DNA from: Girardia tigrina
Taxonomy: Eukaryota
DNA length: 64,000 bases
Reading direction: 5' to 3'
Assembly (NCBI GenBank): GCA_001938485.1
Contig: MQRK01249566.1
Location: 12,943 to 76,942 of the forward strand
How positions within the stretch are numbered: position 1 is the stretch's first letter; each line of letters begins with the position of its first letter. The notes below the pieces were generated by a model. It ran no database searches. It was given only the letters and a program-made list of their open reading frames with translations, and was not told where the DNA came from. The position numbers were made by a program, and so were the translations under genes. Below are positions 13,029 through 24,570 of the stretch, one piece after another.

Positions 13029-14358
13029 TTGGGTGTACAACTAATTAATTTCGTATTTTTTTGGTAAAAAAACCATTTATTTAAGTATAAAAGTGAAAAA
13101 ATATTTTATTCAAAATATTGTCCATTAGAAGCGACAACTTAATGCCATCTGTCAGGCAATTTATGGATTCCATCCCGAAAAAACTTCTCATCTTTTGCAC
13201 CGAGAAAGTCATCAAGCCATTTTTTAATACCTTCAACATTGGTGAACCGTATTCCAGAAAGGTGATTCTGCATCGACCGAAACAAGTGGTAATCAGAAGG
13301 AGCTATGTCTGGGCTATAAGGCGGGTGAGGTAGAATTTCCCATCCGGCATTTTCCAAATAATTTTTGACCGGTACTGCAACATGTGGTCGACCATTGTCA
13401 TGATGGAAAATCAATTTCTCGTGTCTGGTCGCCCATTCTGGCCGTTTTACGGCTATTGCTTGCTTCAAACGTATCAATTGTTGCCTGTATAGCTCTCCTG
13501 TGATCGTCTGGCCAGATTTTAATAGCTCATAGTACAGCACACCCTTCTGATCCCACCAAATACAGAGCATTACCTTCAAACCATGAATATTCGGCTTTGG
13601 TGACGATTTGGCTGGTTGGCCTGGCTTTCACATATGATCTTTTACGCTTTGGGTTGTCGTAATGAAACCACTTTTCATCGCCGGTGACAATACGATGTAA
13701 AAACGGTTTCTTTTTGTGGCAATTAAGCAGCATTTCAGACATGCAAAATCGTCTCTCAACGTCTCTCGGCTTCAATTCGTGTGGCACCCAATTTCCTTGT
13801 TCCTGAATGTATCCGGCTGCTTTTAAACGTTTAGAAATGGNNNNNNNNNNNNNNNNNNNNNNNNNNNNNNNNNNNNNNNNNNNNNNNNNNNNNNNNNNNN
13901 NNNNNNNNNNNNNNNNNNNNNNNCAAACTTTTTTGATGGACCTGATCGCTCTTTGTCTTCTGTGTCAAAATCGCCACTTTTAAATCGTGCAAACCCCTGC
14001 TGACATACTCTAACCTCTGGAGCATATTCAGGATAAGCTTCTAAGAGTAAACGATGTGCTTCTGTTGCACTTTTCCTTAAATTAAAGAACAAAAGCAAAC
14101 CTCCTCGCAAATGCTGTTTTGTTGGAACGTAATTTGACATTTTGACTGTAATAAAAAAAATTNNNNNNNNNNNNNNNNNNNNNNNNNNNNNNNNNNNNNN
14201 NNNNNNNNNNNNTGACTACATAAATAGATATGAGGTTAGTAACAAATTCGAAATGAGGTAACAAATATGAAATGAGGTAACAAATATGAAATGAGGTAAC
14301 AAATACGAATATAAGGTTATTTCGTAACAAACACGAAATTAATTAGTTGTACACCTAA
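13029..14358 (-). mobile_element. Mariner (DD34D), Mos1/mauritiana-like, near full length, frameshifted transposase 14140->13139
   Basis: TIR TT(G/A)GGTGTACAACTAATTAATTTCGT at both ends with TA TSD; WVPHEL, TGDEKW, HDNGRPH, YSPDIAPSDY; two N-runs inside; 19-bp tandem repeat in the 5' UTR. Confidence 0.95.
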
Positions 14359-14428
14359 TATGTAAAAATAATTATAGAAATTTGAACATAATTTAATGTT
14401 TTTAAATGTTAAAATGAAAAATATATTA

Positions 14429-14474
14429 TATACTACAACTCTATTGATTAATAAATCAATAGAGTTGTAGTATA
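14429..14474. repeat. Perfect 21-bp inverted repeat with 4-nt loop
   Basis: tatactacaactctattgatt-aata-aatcaatagagttgtagtata. Confidence 0.9.
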
Positions 14475-14867
14475 AAGATGTATTTTAAAAAAATATAAAC
14501 ATATAATTTAGTTACATATATGAAACCCATGTGTTATATGTATGTTATTTACCATCAAACAATACCTCATGAATCATATAATGTATCTCATCAACAATCA
14601 CAAGTACCTTGGTTACCATAACCATGGTACATAACCTCTTAATATTATATATAAAAAACAATGTATATATATATATAAAACCTTGTATTAATATATATTA
14701 TATCATTATAGTATATAACTATCTTATCAAATATTCAAAACGAGACCGTAACCATGTTACTATCGTCATGCATTTGTTATGCATCCATAATGTCAACGTA
14801 TTGCTCAGTTAAAATTGTATAGTATATATATTATTATTATATATTGTAGTGATCCTACATTTTCATT

Positions 14868-14871
<4 letters not shown>

Positions 14872-14910
<39 letters not shown>
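14872..14910. repeat. (TA)n microsatellite (others at ~24570, ~59920, ~61220, ~63750)
   Basis: Directly visible. Confidence 0.95.
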
Positions 14911-14914
<4 letters not shown>

Positions 14915-15664
14915 TAGTATATTAATATGTACATATGTATTAGTATATTAATATGTATATATATATACATTAAATTATGGATTGAAAAATTATAAAAATC
15001 AATGGAATTAAATTAAAATCCAAGTTGTCAATGACTATCGCCAGAGATCATTTCCAATCACATTTTTAATGGGTAAAATAAGTTGTTTCCATTGCACGAG
15101 GAAATGTAAAGGCAAGATGCTGAAAACGACGTGTTGTTTATCCGAAATACGACTTTGGAGACCCTCAGATTCGGATCGCATTAGTGCCGAATAGGATAAA
15201 TTTGGTTCGCTTAACGGGAAACAATCCGCCAGAATTCTTCAAATTCAAAGAGAGAATTCCATGTCAGATCATGTGATAACATGCAGTTGTGACATGACCA
15301 ACAATGAATCGTTTGACTACCTCACAAATATCATAAGCCACGGTTTATTATGACTATTTTTAACTGTCATACCGATAATTCGAATTTTTATGTGTAACTT
15401 TTATCTAGAATTTGATTTAATTAATCAGTCTTTCATTTCCTGTAACAAGTGAATGTGTTTTGTTTAAAGCACGTCAATGTTATTTTTATGTATGTCGTTA
15501 CATGTACCACCACGCAAACACATAATATGTTAACCATAGGTCGAAATAATAGATTTCTACCGTCCCAATCGAGTATGTAAGTATCCTGTACCAGCCAATG
15601 TCAGCGGATTTTTGTCGCATTGAGAAAATCACCAAATTGATTTCCATAATATTAGCCTCGACGC

Positions 15665-15880
15665 ATCCAACGGGAGCACTAATAATTTATCGGATTTTCT
15701 GGTTTAGTCGGTACTGGAAATCCATCCCACATGGCACTCTCGCCGACGAATTTCCATCAAACTACCGATAACTAAACCACTCGCATAGTGAGTTTTCACC
15801 CGATGAATGTTTAGTAGCAGTCTAAACATGGAATTAACATTTGTTCAGCAAATCTCATGTTGATGATTTCAGTTGACACA
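15665..15880 (-). repeat. GC-richer dispersed repeat containing a long hairpin (inverted copy at ~28220-28428)
   Basis: Shared gatggaaattcgtc..gagagtgccatgtg..atttccag..ctaaacc block. Confidence 0.75.
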
Positions 15881-16204
15881 TTTTTACTGGTACGGAAATA
15901 TACTTATTGCTGATATAGAACTCCGGAAAACAATCTATTTATTTCATACCATTAATACCAACAATCCTGAAACAACCTTATGTTAATCATACTAAATAAT
16001 AAATTTTCCAGATTATTTTTGTGTTTATTAATTTATTTAGTTAATGGAAGATAGAGATCCACTCACTCTCATTTTTCATTACATATATAATAAAAGTTGT
16101 TGTTTACAAGGTTTTGAATGAATACATGTATAACATGACTATTTTCAACAAACATTTATTTAAACAACAGAGACAAATATAACAAATATATACAATTGGA
16201 TCAT

Positions 16205-17300
16205 TCACAAGAATGTAACGTTATTGAAATATGCATTGTGCTCCTCCAATTTGATTGCTGCTTGAGCACCATAGAAATGTGTAAAGAACTTTTTACAAAT
16301 CTCCATCCTTCTGTGATGTTTTGATATTTTGGATTTTAATAGACACTTAAAGTTCTTGATACAGATGAAGTGCCTCTTTTCTCCATCATCTAGCAGGAGC
16401 AAATCCCTATCATCTTCTAATTCTTCCTTACACACAAGTAAGAGATAAAAGTTTGTACTCTCCAATCCAAAGATGTTTATTGAGACATTGTTGATGCTTT
16501 CAAATTTAGTGACTTCATCCAGATTCGGTGGGGATGATATACAGTTGAAGTCATATCTGTGTGGCAGCTTGTTATATTTCGATACTCGTGATGTATTATG
16601 TTGATCCTCAACGAATTTGGATAGCATAGCATACTTGAAGCACATGTTGTCATTATTTTGGACATTGATGCATGCCTTTTTATTAGCTATCCATTCAGGA
16701 AGGGGTATGTAGGAGCTACCTCTCATTGGGGAGTATTTATGAACATGGATAATCAATTAGTTAACTGAGGCAAGAGTCCATCCACTCTTCTTCCCCCCTT
16801 CTTTCATCGGCTTCCTTTATTATTTTGGCATGTTCTTCATTGAGCCACTCCAAAATATCATCGGATTTTAACATTGGCCAATTTTTTCTCTTGAAGTCTC
16901 TACGTGATAATTCATCATCAAAATTGATAAATGTTGCCTCTAATTTAAGGTTTACTTTAATTGCCTTTAGTTCATCCATGTTGTCTTGTAGAATCTCCAT
17001 GGTTTCAGTCTTGGAATATTTCAGAAACTCATTAAGACATGTAACCTGGCTGCCTAGGCTGCCTAGACTAGCCTGATGAGCTTTGATAACATATTGACGT
17101 ATCTTCTTATTCAATGAAGCTGCATGAATTGGTCTCTGTCTTGAAATTTTCGATAAAACATTTATGATATTTGAATCATTTACACGTTTTGATGGAACAT
17201 TTGCAGCCTTGGCAGCATTTGAAACATGTATCTCCATAGGAACATTTGAAACATTCTTCTCATTTGAAACATTTGGTGCTGCGAGAACTGGGTTACATAC
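16205..17300 (-). pseudogene. Maverick/Polinton-type protein-primed DNA polymerase B, N-terminal fragment
   Basis: IKVNLKLEATF, frameshifted SGWTL near 16775-16790, and YSPMRGSSYIPLPEWIANKKACINVQNNDNMCFKYAMLS ... FESINNVSINIFGLE ... LLLL...HFICIKNF, matching the conserved pPolB N-terminal region; truncated before the exonuclease/polymerase core. Confidence 0.75.
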
Positions 17301-17326
17301 CGTTTTGGTACCGCTGTTTTTATGTA

Positions 17327-18115
17327 AGAAATAAAATAAATTTTACGGTAGGTTTATTAAAAGATTTATGTAAAGATTTATTATAGAGTAAAAAAGTTAA
17401 TTTCAAATTTGATGAAAACATGTAATTGAAACAAAATCAAAAGTAATATAAGTTTAATATTTTATTTGCGAAATGAAAGTAAACTAAACTATTTTTTGTA
17501 ACTTTTAAATCGAAGTACATTAAAAATGTAATTGTATTTTTATTGGAAAATGTAATTGGAATCAAAATATAATTGTAAAACAATTAAATCGATTTAAATG
17601 AAAATGCGGTTTTTATTTTATTTTGGAAAACGTAATTATTAATGGAAATATAATTTTATTTTTTTTATGTAAAAAGGGGGTAACTTACAAGTTGTTAAAC
17701 TAAACGAAATTGCGATTTTAAATTCTATTTTCAAAATATTATTAAATCCAAAGTAATTTTGAAAACTATTATGAAAACGAAATGAAAAATGCTATTGTAT
17801 AGAATTGGGAAATTTAATTGAGAAACAGGTAAATTTAAAGGTACAATAAAATTGAAATTTAATAAAAGATGCCACAAAATATTTGACAAAATTTTAATAA
17901 ATTCACTTTATATTTTTTTATTAAAAAAAGTATAGAATTTTATTTCGTAAAAAATACAATAACCATATTTATATTTGTATCAATTCTTATTTATAATGGT
18001 CTGTCTAAAAAAGAAAGTGCAAAAGTTCCTCGGAATTATTTGTTTAAAAAATCTTTATTGTGATAGAAATAAAATTTTGTGTTGATTACAACGTCTTTTG
18101 ATCAAGAACCCAATA
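17327..18115 (+). repeat. Dispersed AT-rich repeat, copy B (copy A at 1441-2068)
   Basis: Collinear similarity with copy A. Confidence 0.8.
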
Positions 18116-18694
18116 ACTGTTATACCGTCGGAATTAATTGTCCTGAAAAATAATTTTTTTACATATGTCTTGTTTTGCTTTATAAAAATAATTTACCATT
18201 ATTTTTTAATTATCTGAAACAAATGAGTTTTTTTTAATTATTTTTTTCATAAAACAATATATATTAAATTCAATAATTACAAAACAGATAAAAATAAAAT
18301 AAGTTCAACACCACAATATAAATAACAGTAAACCATAGTAAGAATAAATTAAGATAATTTATTTGTCTTTTGATAAAATGACTCATTAAATGACTCCCCA
18401 GTAAACGATTTGACTCTTCAGCTCATGACCGGATATAGAAATTTCAGCTGTTATTTCTTGAAAAATAATTTAAATTCAAAATATCATTTACATCAATGAC
18501 TGAACTTCATTTTGTTCCAATAAAATTAAATTAAAAATCAGATAAAATAACTGTTTAAAAGGAGGCGAAAATACTTCTAGAAAAGGAAACAAATTCAACA
18601 GTCAAAACTGATTGGCTGTTTTTGTGGTATAATGAAATGATCATTTGTTTCAACTGTTGGGGAATTTTTATTGACAACTTTACTGTGGGAAAAT

Positions 18695-18921
18695 ATGTCC
18701 ATTTTTAATGAAAAAGTCGATTTTACTAATCAAGATTCCCAGAAAAAAGAGGTGTTCGAAACTGAAACAACAGAACTACCGGCGGAAGTCGAAGTAATAA
18801 CCCGAACTAAAGTTATACCGACTGAGACAGGCGAAATTCACGTTACAACGAAAACAACAAGACGAAAAAAAGTGAGGGTAACCAAAAACATAACTCGACG
18901 AGTTTTTGAAGTACCAGTAGA
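18695..18921 (+). CDS. Candidate host first coding exon (MSIFNEK...RRVFEVPVE), possibly a PDE4 isoform-specific N-terminus
   Basis: Clean T/E/V/K-rich frame from ATG 18695 ending at a strong GA|GTAAGA donor (phase 2); CCAAT-like ATTGG at ~18611. Confidence 0.45.
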
Positions 18922-20125
18922 GTAAGAATGTTATTTATTCGATGTTTGGGTTAACTATGATAGTATTCCTAGTAAATAGTGAAACGAGGATTTAATGTAA
19001 AACATAATATTTTAATCTGATATAAGTAAAATAATTTATTCTAATTGTGACTGGCGTATGACCTGTTCATTAATTTATTAAAAATAGCTATTCCTATAAA
19101 AATGTGCAGTATTTGTCGTCTTCCATCAACATGGTCTCGATTTATCCTGCCAGGAATCTTCATCCATCTGTCTGTACCCCTACCCGATAATTATGAATGA
19201 TTTATTCTAAACAAGACATAATGATGTATCTTGCTTTTCCATCATAATATATTCATTCCATATAGTTAAGAATGTCTGTAAAAGTCATAACCTCGCAAAC
19301 AACAAACAAGGGCGCGGGTTTTTCGCTTCTGTCAAATCATTAAAGCATTATTTTAGTGCTCTTTTGCGCTCTGATCTGTGAAATAATTTTTTTTAATATT
19401 CATATTTTTAACCGGATGATTTGATAAAATCACCACAATGTAAAATTTAAAATAATACATTTCACTAAATTTTATTAAAATAATCGAAAAAAATATAAAC
19501 TTTAACATTAAAAATAATTCGTTCAAACAAACAAATTTATATATTAATATCAATATTAATTATTAATTAAAAACAATGTAAAAAATACTTTTCAACAGGG
19601 TACAACACAGATTTTTCACAATTATAGCACTTGTAAATGTTTCTTTGGGTAGAAAAATAAGAATCCGTTACTCATAGTCGAAATCATGGGTAACCAAATA
19701 TTCCAATATCGAGTTCTCGTCAAATCAATCGCCACAAGATTTTTTTTCAATTTTAATATTTTATAATTGTAAGTGAAGTTTTTGCCATTTTCGTTATCAG
19801 AGATTTCAGAAGTCATATTGCAAAACTTTATTAATGACAATAATTCACATAAATAAAAAAAATTCCTGTTAATTCAATTATTTCGCCAAAATCAATCTAT
19901 TAAATTTTTCTTCTAATTTAATTTGTAAAATTTAACTTATAATTATAATATTAATTTTTTAAATTATAACAAAAAATATTTATAAAAATTTATCATAAAA
20001 CTATTAAGTTTAAATTTACCATAAGTCTTTTATTTTAAAAAAATTTTTCTTAAAAAATATAATTTTTAATCCGTTTATTATTTATTTTAAAATTCTAATT
20101 TTAAAACTTTTTAAAAAATATATTA

Positions 20126-21670
20126 CAGGGGATTTCAATTCTACTATTTCAATTTACTATTTCTATTACCCAATATTTCAAATCTATATACCCATTCCCT
20201 TAATTTAGATTTTCAAAATGCAAATGACAGAAAGAAAACAAAGAAAGTTTATAACTAAATATATAAATAACTTCGTAATGAGTTTGTTAGGCAATGGCCA
20301 TCAAAGCATAACCAACATTGCTCGTATGACCAATCTGGAGAGGAAAACCGTGTCTAAAATACTTAAAAATCATTCTTTAGGTGTAGAAATCGTATCATCA
20401 AGCACGAAATGTAAAAATACCTGTTAATTACGAAATTCAATATTTTCCAATTGTGAGCAGTTAATTTTCAACACCATTTCTTGTGACAATTCTCTCAACC
20501 AACGTGAGATAAAAGAAGAACTTGTCGAAAAGTTGGATATAAACCTATCTTTACCAACAATTTTCAGAAAAAATAAAAAATTAAGTTTCACTAGAAAAAA
20601 ACTATTGCAAATTCCAGAAGAAACAACTCGTTAGCTGAACAAAACGCATATATTCAAGTACCCGGTATAGACACTGTGAGGATTGACAGATTTATAGCTC
20701 TTTCTTGATTCGGTGGGTTGTGGTGCATGGCCATTCTTAGTTGGTGGAGCGATTTGTCTGGTTAATTTCGTTAACGAACGATACTCTCACCTGCTAAATA
20801 GTACATTTGTGTTAAATCGCAAATGCTGATTAGAGGAATAAATAGCGTTTAGCTAAATGAAATGGAGCAATAAGAGGTCTGTGATGTCCGGGGCCGCACG
20901 CACGCTACAATGGCAATACCAGCCAGTTTTATTCCTAGCTAGAAATGGCCGGGTAACCTGCTGAATCACTGTCGTGTCAGGAATAGTGGATTTAAATTAT
21001 CCCACTTGAACGATGAATTCCTAGTAAGTGCAAGTCACTAGCTTGCGCTGATTACGTCCCTGCCCTTTGTAGACACCACCCGTCACTACTACCGGTAACG
21101 TACCTGCAAACAGAAATGTCAACAGAAGTCTAATTTGTGCTATTTGCATAAACGGTGTTATTTCATATGAAAAAGAAATTGGAGCGTCCAATTCAGATGC
21201 CTCTGTGGAGTTTTTAATTATGAAAATACTTCCATATTTCAGAAATAATACAACTTCCATTCTAATTATGGACAATGCAAGACTTCAAGAGACAAACGTT
21301 GTTTTGGCCTTTCTAAGAGAAAATAATGTCACATTAAAATTTCTTACATTATATTCTCCGGAATATAATTCCATTGAAGAATTTTTTTCAATGGTAGGGT
21401 CAAGATTTAGTGGTGTGAGAATTGAATTTCCGAATTTGTCGACTATGGAATGTATCGATCGCGTTCTCTCCAAAAACGATTATTAGTCGAGTCAATGTCG
21501 AGGATTCTTCAATCATATTTTGGAATGGTTTAAGAAAGCGCTCAAAAGACAGTCCTTTACTTAATAACTTATGTCTTATGTATTTTTGTGTTTATGTATT
21601 AAAAAATCTAAATTGTATGAAATAGATATATAGAATTGAAATATTGGGTATATAGAAATGAAATACCCTG
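20126..21670 (+). mobile_element. Tc1/IS630-like element with imperfect TIRs and TA TSD, interrupted by an 18S rRNA fragment
   Basis: TA-CAGGG... start and ...CCCTG-TA end; HTH-like N-terminus (20218), ILIMDNAR and YSPEYNSIEEFFS; the first catalytic-D region is missing where the 18S insert lies. Confidence 0.85.
20660..21094 (+). rRNA. Degenerate 18S rRNA fragment (3' part of the gene, ~435 bp), pseudogenic
   Basis: Universal SSU tracts: gaggattgacaga, ggtgcatggcc.ttcttagttggtggagcgatttgtctggttaatt, ggtctgtgatg, ggccgcacgc.cgctaca, gattacgtccctgccctttgta.acacc.cccgtc.ctactaccg; several universally conserved positions are mutated. Confidence 0.95.
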
Positions 21671-23189
21671 TAATTGTTAAGAATATAAACATTTTTTTAT
21701 TTTTATAAAAGTATTTATTTTTTGTTAGATTTCCTTTAAGATTTCCTTTCCCTTTTTGTTCATTTTAAAACTTATTGTATTTATTTAATTTTTAAAACTT
21801 TCAAATTTAAAAAAATAATAAATTATTTTGGCAAAATTCAAATTTAAAATAACTCCTTATAATAATAATATGATACTTATAATAATATGAATGCTTAGTT
21901 AAGGTAATCTACTTTATTATAAAGTACTACTTTTACTATGTGAGAAGTATTTGTAACATCAATATCAGAATTCATTTTAACTCAACTGAAATCTTATATG
22001 CTGTTTTTTTTAATTTTGTGTTGTTTTTTTAAACAACCATTTTCAATATTTTATTATTTTATAAATTTTGAAAATACGTTATATTTAATATTCAATTTTT
22101 TATTTTTTAAATATTTAATTTTTTAATCATTTTTTTCAATGGTAGGGTCAAGATTTAGTGTATTTTTTAATTAAATAAATAATTAAATAAATAGTTTTAT
22201 TTAATTAAATAAAAATTAGAAAATACATTCTTACAAAAATTAATAAATTTTTTTATTCAAATTTAAATTATTTTTAAAAATACTGTTTTATCTGTTATCT
22301 GTTTAGATCAACTACTTTTTCTATTAAAATAATATTTTAATTCAAAATGAATTTATAAACAATGTTTTTAAATTCAAATCTAAAATACTTAATTAATTCC
22401 AATTAATTTTTAAAATTTTCAATTTGATTTAATTCAAAATATTCTTTTTTAAAACTATTTAAATTTTGATCAGCGAACTAAATTAATTACCTCCTCATAT
22501 ACTATATTAAATATATTATTTTAATTGCTCCTCATTTTGAAAAAGAGGTTGACACTTCGAGTCCGACCTGCTCCATAAACCTATAATTTTTGGTGCCTTA
22601 GATCTAATTTTTTCAATGAATTATATATGAATAATTATTAAATGGTGGTGCAAAGTTTCTTTTCTTTGGAATCTTGTTCTTGAGGCTATATTTATCTTAT
22701 TTTTCATCATTTTTTTAACATTATTTAATTAGAAATTCCCTTATTAGAAATTTCCAAACAAATAATAAACAACAAATTTTATATTTTGAATTTTCAAGAC
22801 TAAATAATTTTATGTTACATTGAAGACTGCATGTTGGATATCTTTCAGGAAAAACTCTTTTATTAGATACATTCGTTAGATGTATCGAAAGTATATAAAA
22901 TTAAATGGGAATTTTAAATCAAAATTATTTATATTTTGTTTACCTCTGATAATTTTCCTTAATTATATTACAGACGTTCTCTCATTAGTATAAATCTGTA
23001 AATTGGTACAAACTAAAACACAACACATTTTACAATTTTTAAATAAAACGCAATTTATTTTATAAGTAAAAAAATATTAAGTTGGAAAAAATCTAAGAAA
23101 ATTCAAATAATAATGCGTGTTTCAAAATGATTTTTATCGTGATTAGATAAAAATTTACTCAAAGGTTAAAACAAAATAAGAAAAAACAT

Positions 23190-23430
23190 ATAATCAGAAC
23201 TAGTAAATCAAAAAATAAAATTTTTTATATTCATTCTTTATGCAGACAGAACTTTACTTTGCCAACAAGGTTTTTAAAATTTAAAAATGTAACATTTAAA
23301 AAATTTTAATTAAAAAACACATTAAAAATCAATATAAACTACTTATAATTTATAAATAGATATCTTGCAATTAATATTGTTCGGGAACTCCGAATTTTCC
23401 ATTTTTTCCCATTTTGGATCTTAAAAATTT
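23190..23430 (-). repeat. Dispersed MITE-like repeat (copies at ~37125-37355 and partial ~34713-34792 in opposite orientation)
   Basis: Inverted match to cccaaaatgggaaaattcggagatcccgaacagttttaattgcaagagatctacttataaattag. Confidence 0.7.
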
Positions 23431-23555
23431 TTTTTCGATCAAATTTTTCCATAATCATTTATTGTCATCGAGATTGAGTAAGTCTGAAAAGTTTGAAGAA
23501 AATCGATTGAGTAAAAAGCCTTAAAGAAAAGGTTTCTAATTTCCATGGATACATG

Positions 23556-24570
23556 TAGTGTGTCTCATAAATAGTTGGAAATATGAACATAATACCTACA
23601 CTTCACAAAATAAAAAAATTAAAACGATTTTATTTTTATCAGATTCAGCATAGAGTAAAGGTTTGTTTAAATAGTTGAAACATTGTTATTACTTTAACGG
23701 AGGACTTACAAATATGAATCTACATTACACACAAACTTAACATGTTCTCATACAAAAAGCAGTATGAACACTTTGTTTCTGCTAACGTATAACAAGAAAG
23801 ACACTCATTTGTGAAAATTTCCTCGCACAAGTCGATGCAGGTCCTGATTTCCTGGACATAATCCTATTCATTGATGAGTCCATCTTCGATTGCAATGCTC
23901 ATTTAAATAAGCAGAACGATTGGATTTGGGCACCAAAAGACAGTTTTCCTCCTCCAAATCCCAGTTTCCCTGCGAAACAATCTCCGAAGAAAATGGCTGG
24001 ATTTTCATCAAAAGTGTGCATTGGACCTTTCTTTTTTAATTCCAGTCACAGCTGAGAGCTATCAGCAAACGCTGAAGGATTATAAAATTCCGAACTTAAA
24101 GAAGCACAAAAAAAACACAACCATATTTCAGCAGGACGGGGCAACGCCTCACACTGCATTGAACACCAAAGAGTTTTTGAAACTAGAATTTTGAGATGTT
24201 GTAATAAGCAGAGGGTTTCCCTTTGCTTGACCAGGTTATTCACCCAATTTGACACCAGCAGATTTTGGATTGTGGCCCATCTTAAAATGAAAGTGTATGT
24301 TAAGAACTATATTTCAGTGGAAGAACTTAAAACTGCTATTCAAAATGAATTCCATTCACTGCCTCTAGGTTTCTTTTCTAATTGTGTTAACTCAGTTATT
24401 GTGAGATGTGCTTTGCGTTTTGAGGCCGATGGTGGAAATTTCTAAAGCTTATTTGTATTAAAAACTTAATTATACCTGAACATGTTTGTAATTACTCAGC
24501 TTTGGAAAAATGTAAATTTGGTTTGAAATAACCACGTTTGAAATTTCCAACTATTTATTGGACACACGAT
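23556..24570 (+). mobile_element. Internally decayed Tc1/mariner element, maT (DD37D)-like
   Basis: TIR gtgtgtc..ataaatagttggaaat at both ends; FIDESIF..N.QNDWIW, FQQDG and TPADFWIVAHLKMKVY. Confidence 0.8.

Noticed and set aside
13841-14212. Two N-runs inside the mariner
   Set aside because: Assembly gaps or masking; no biological information.
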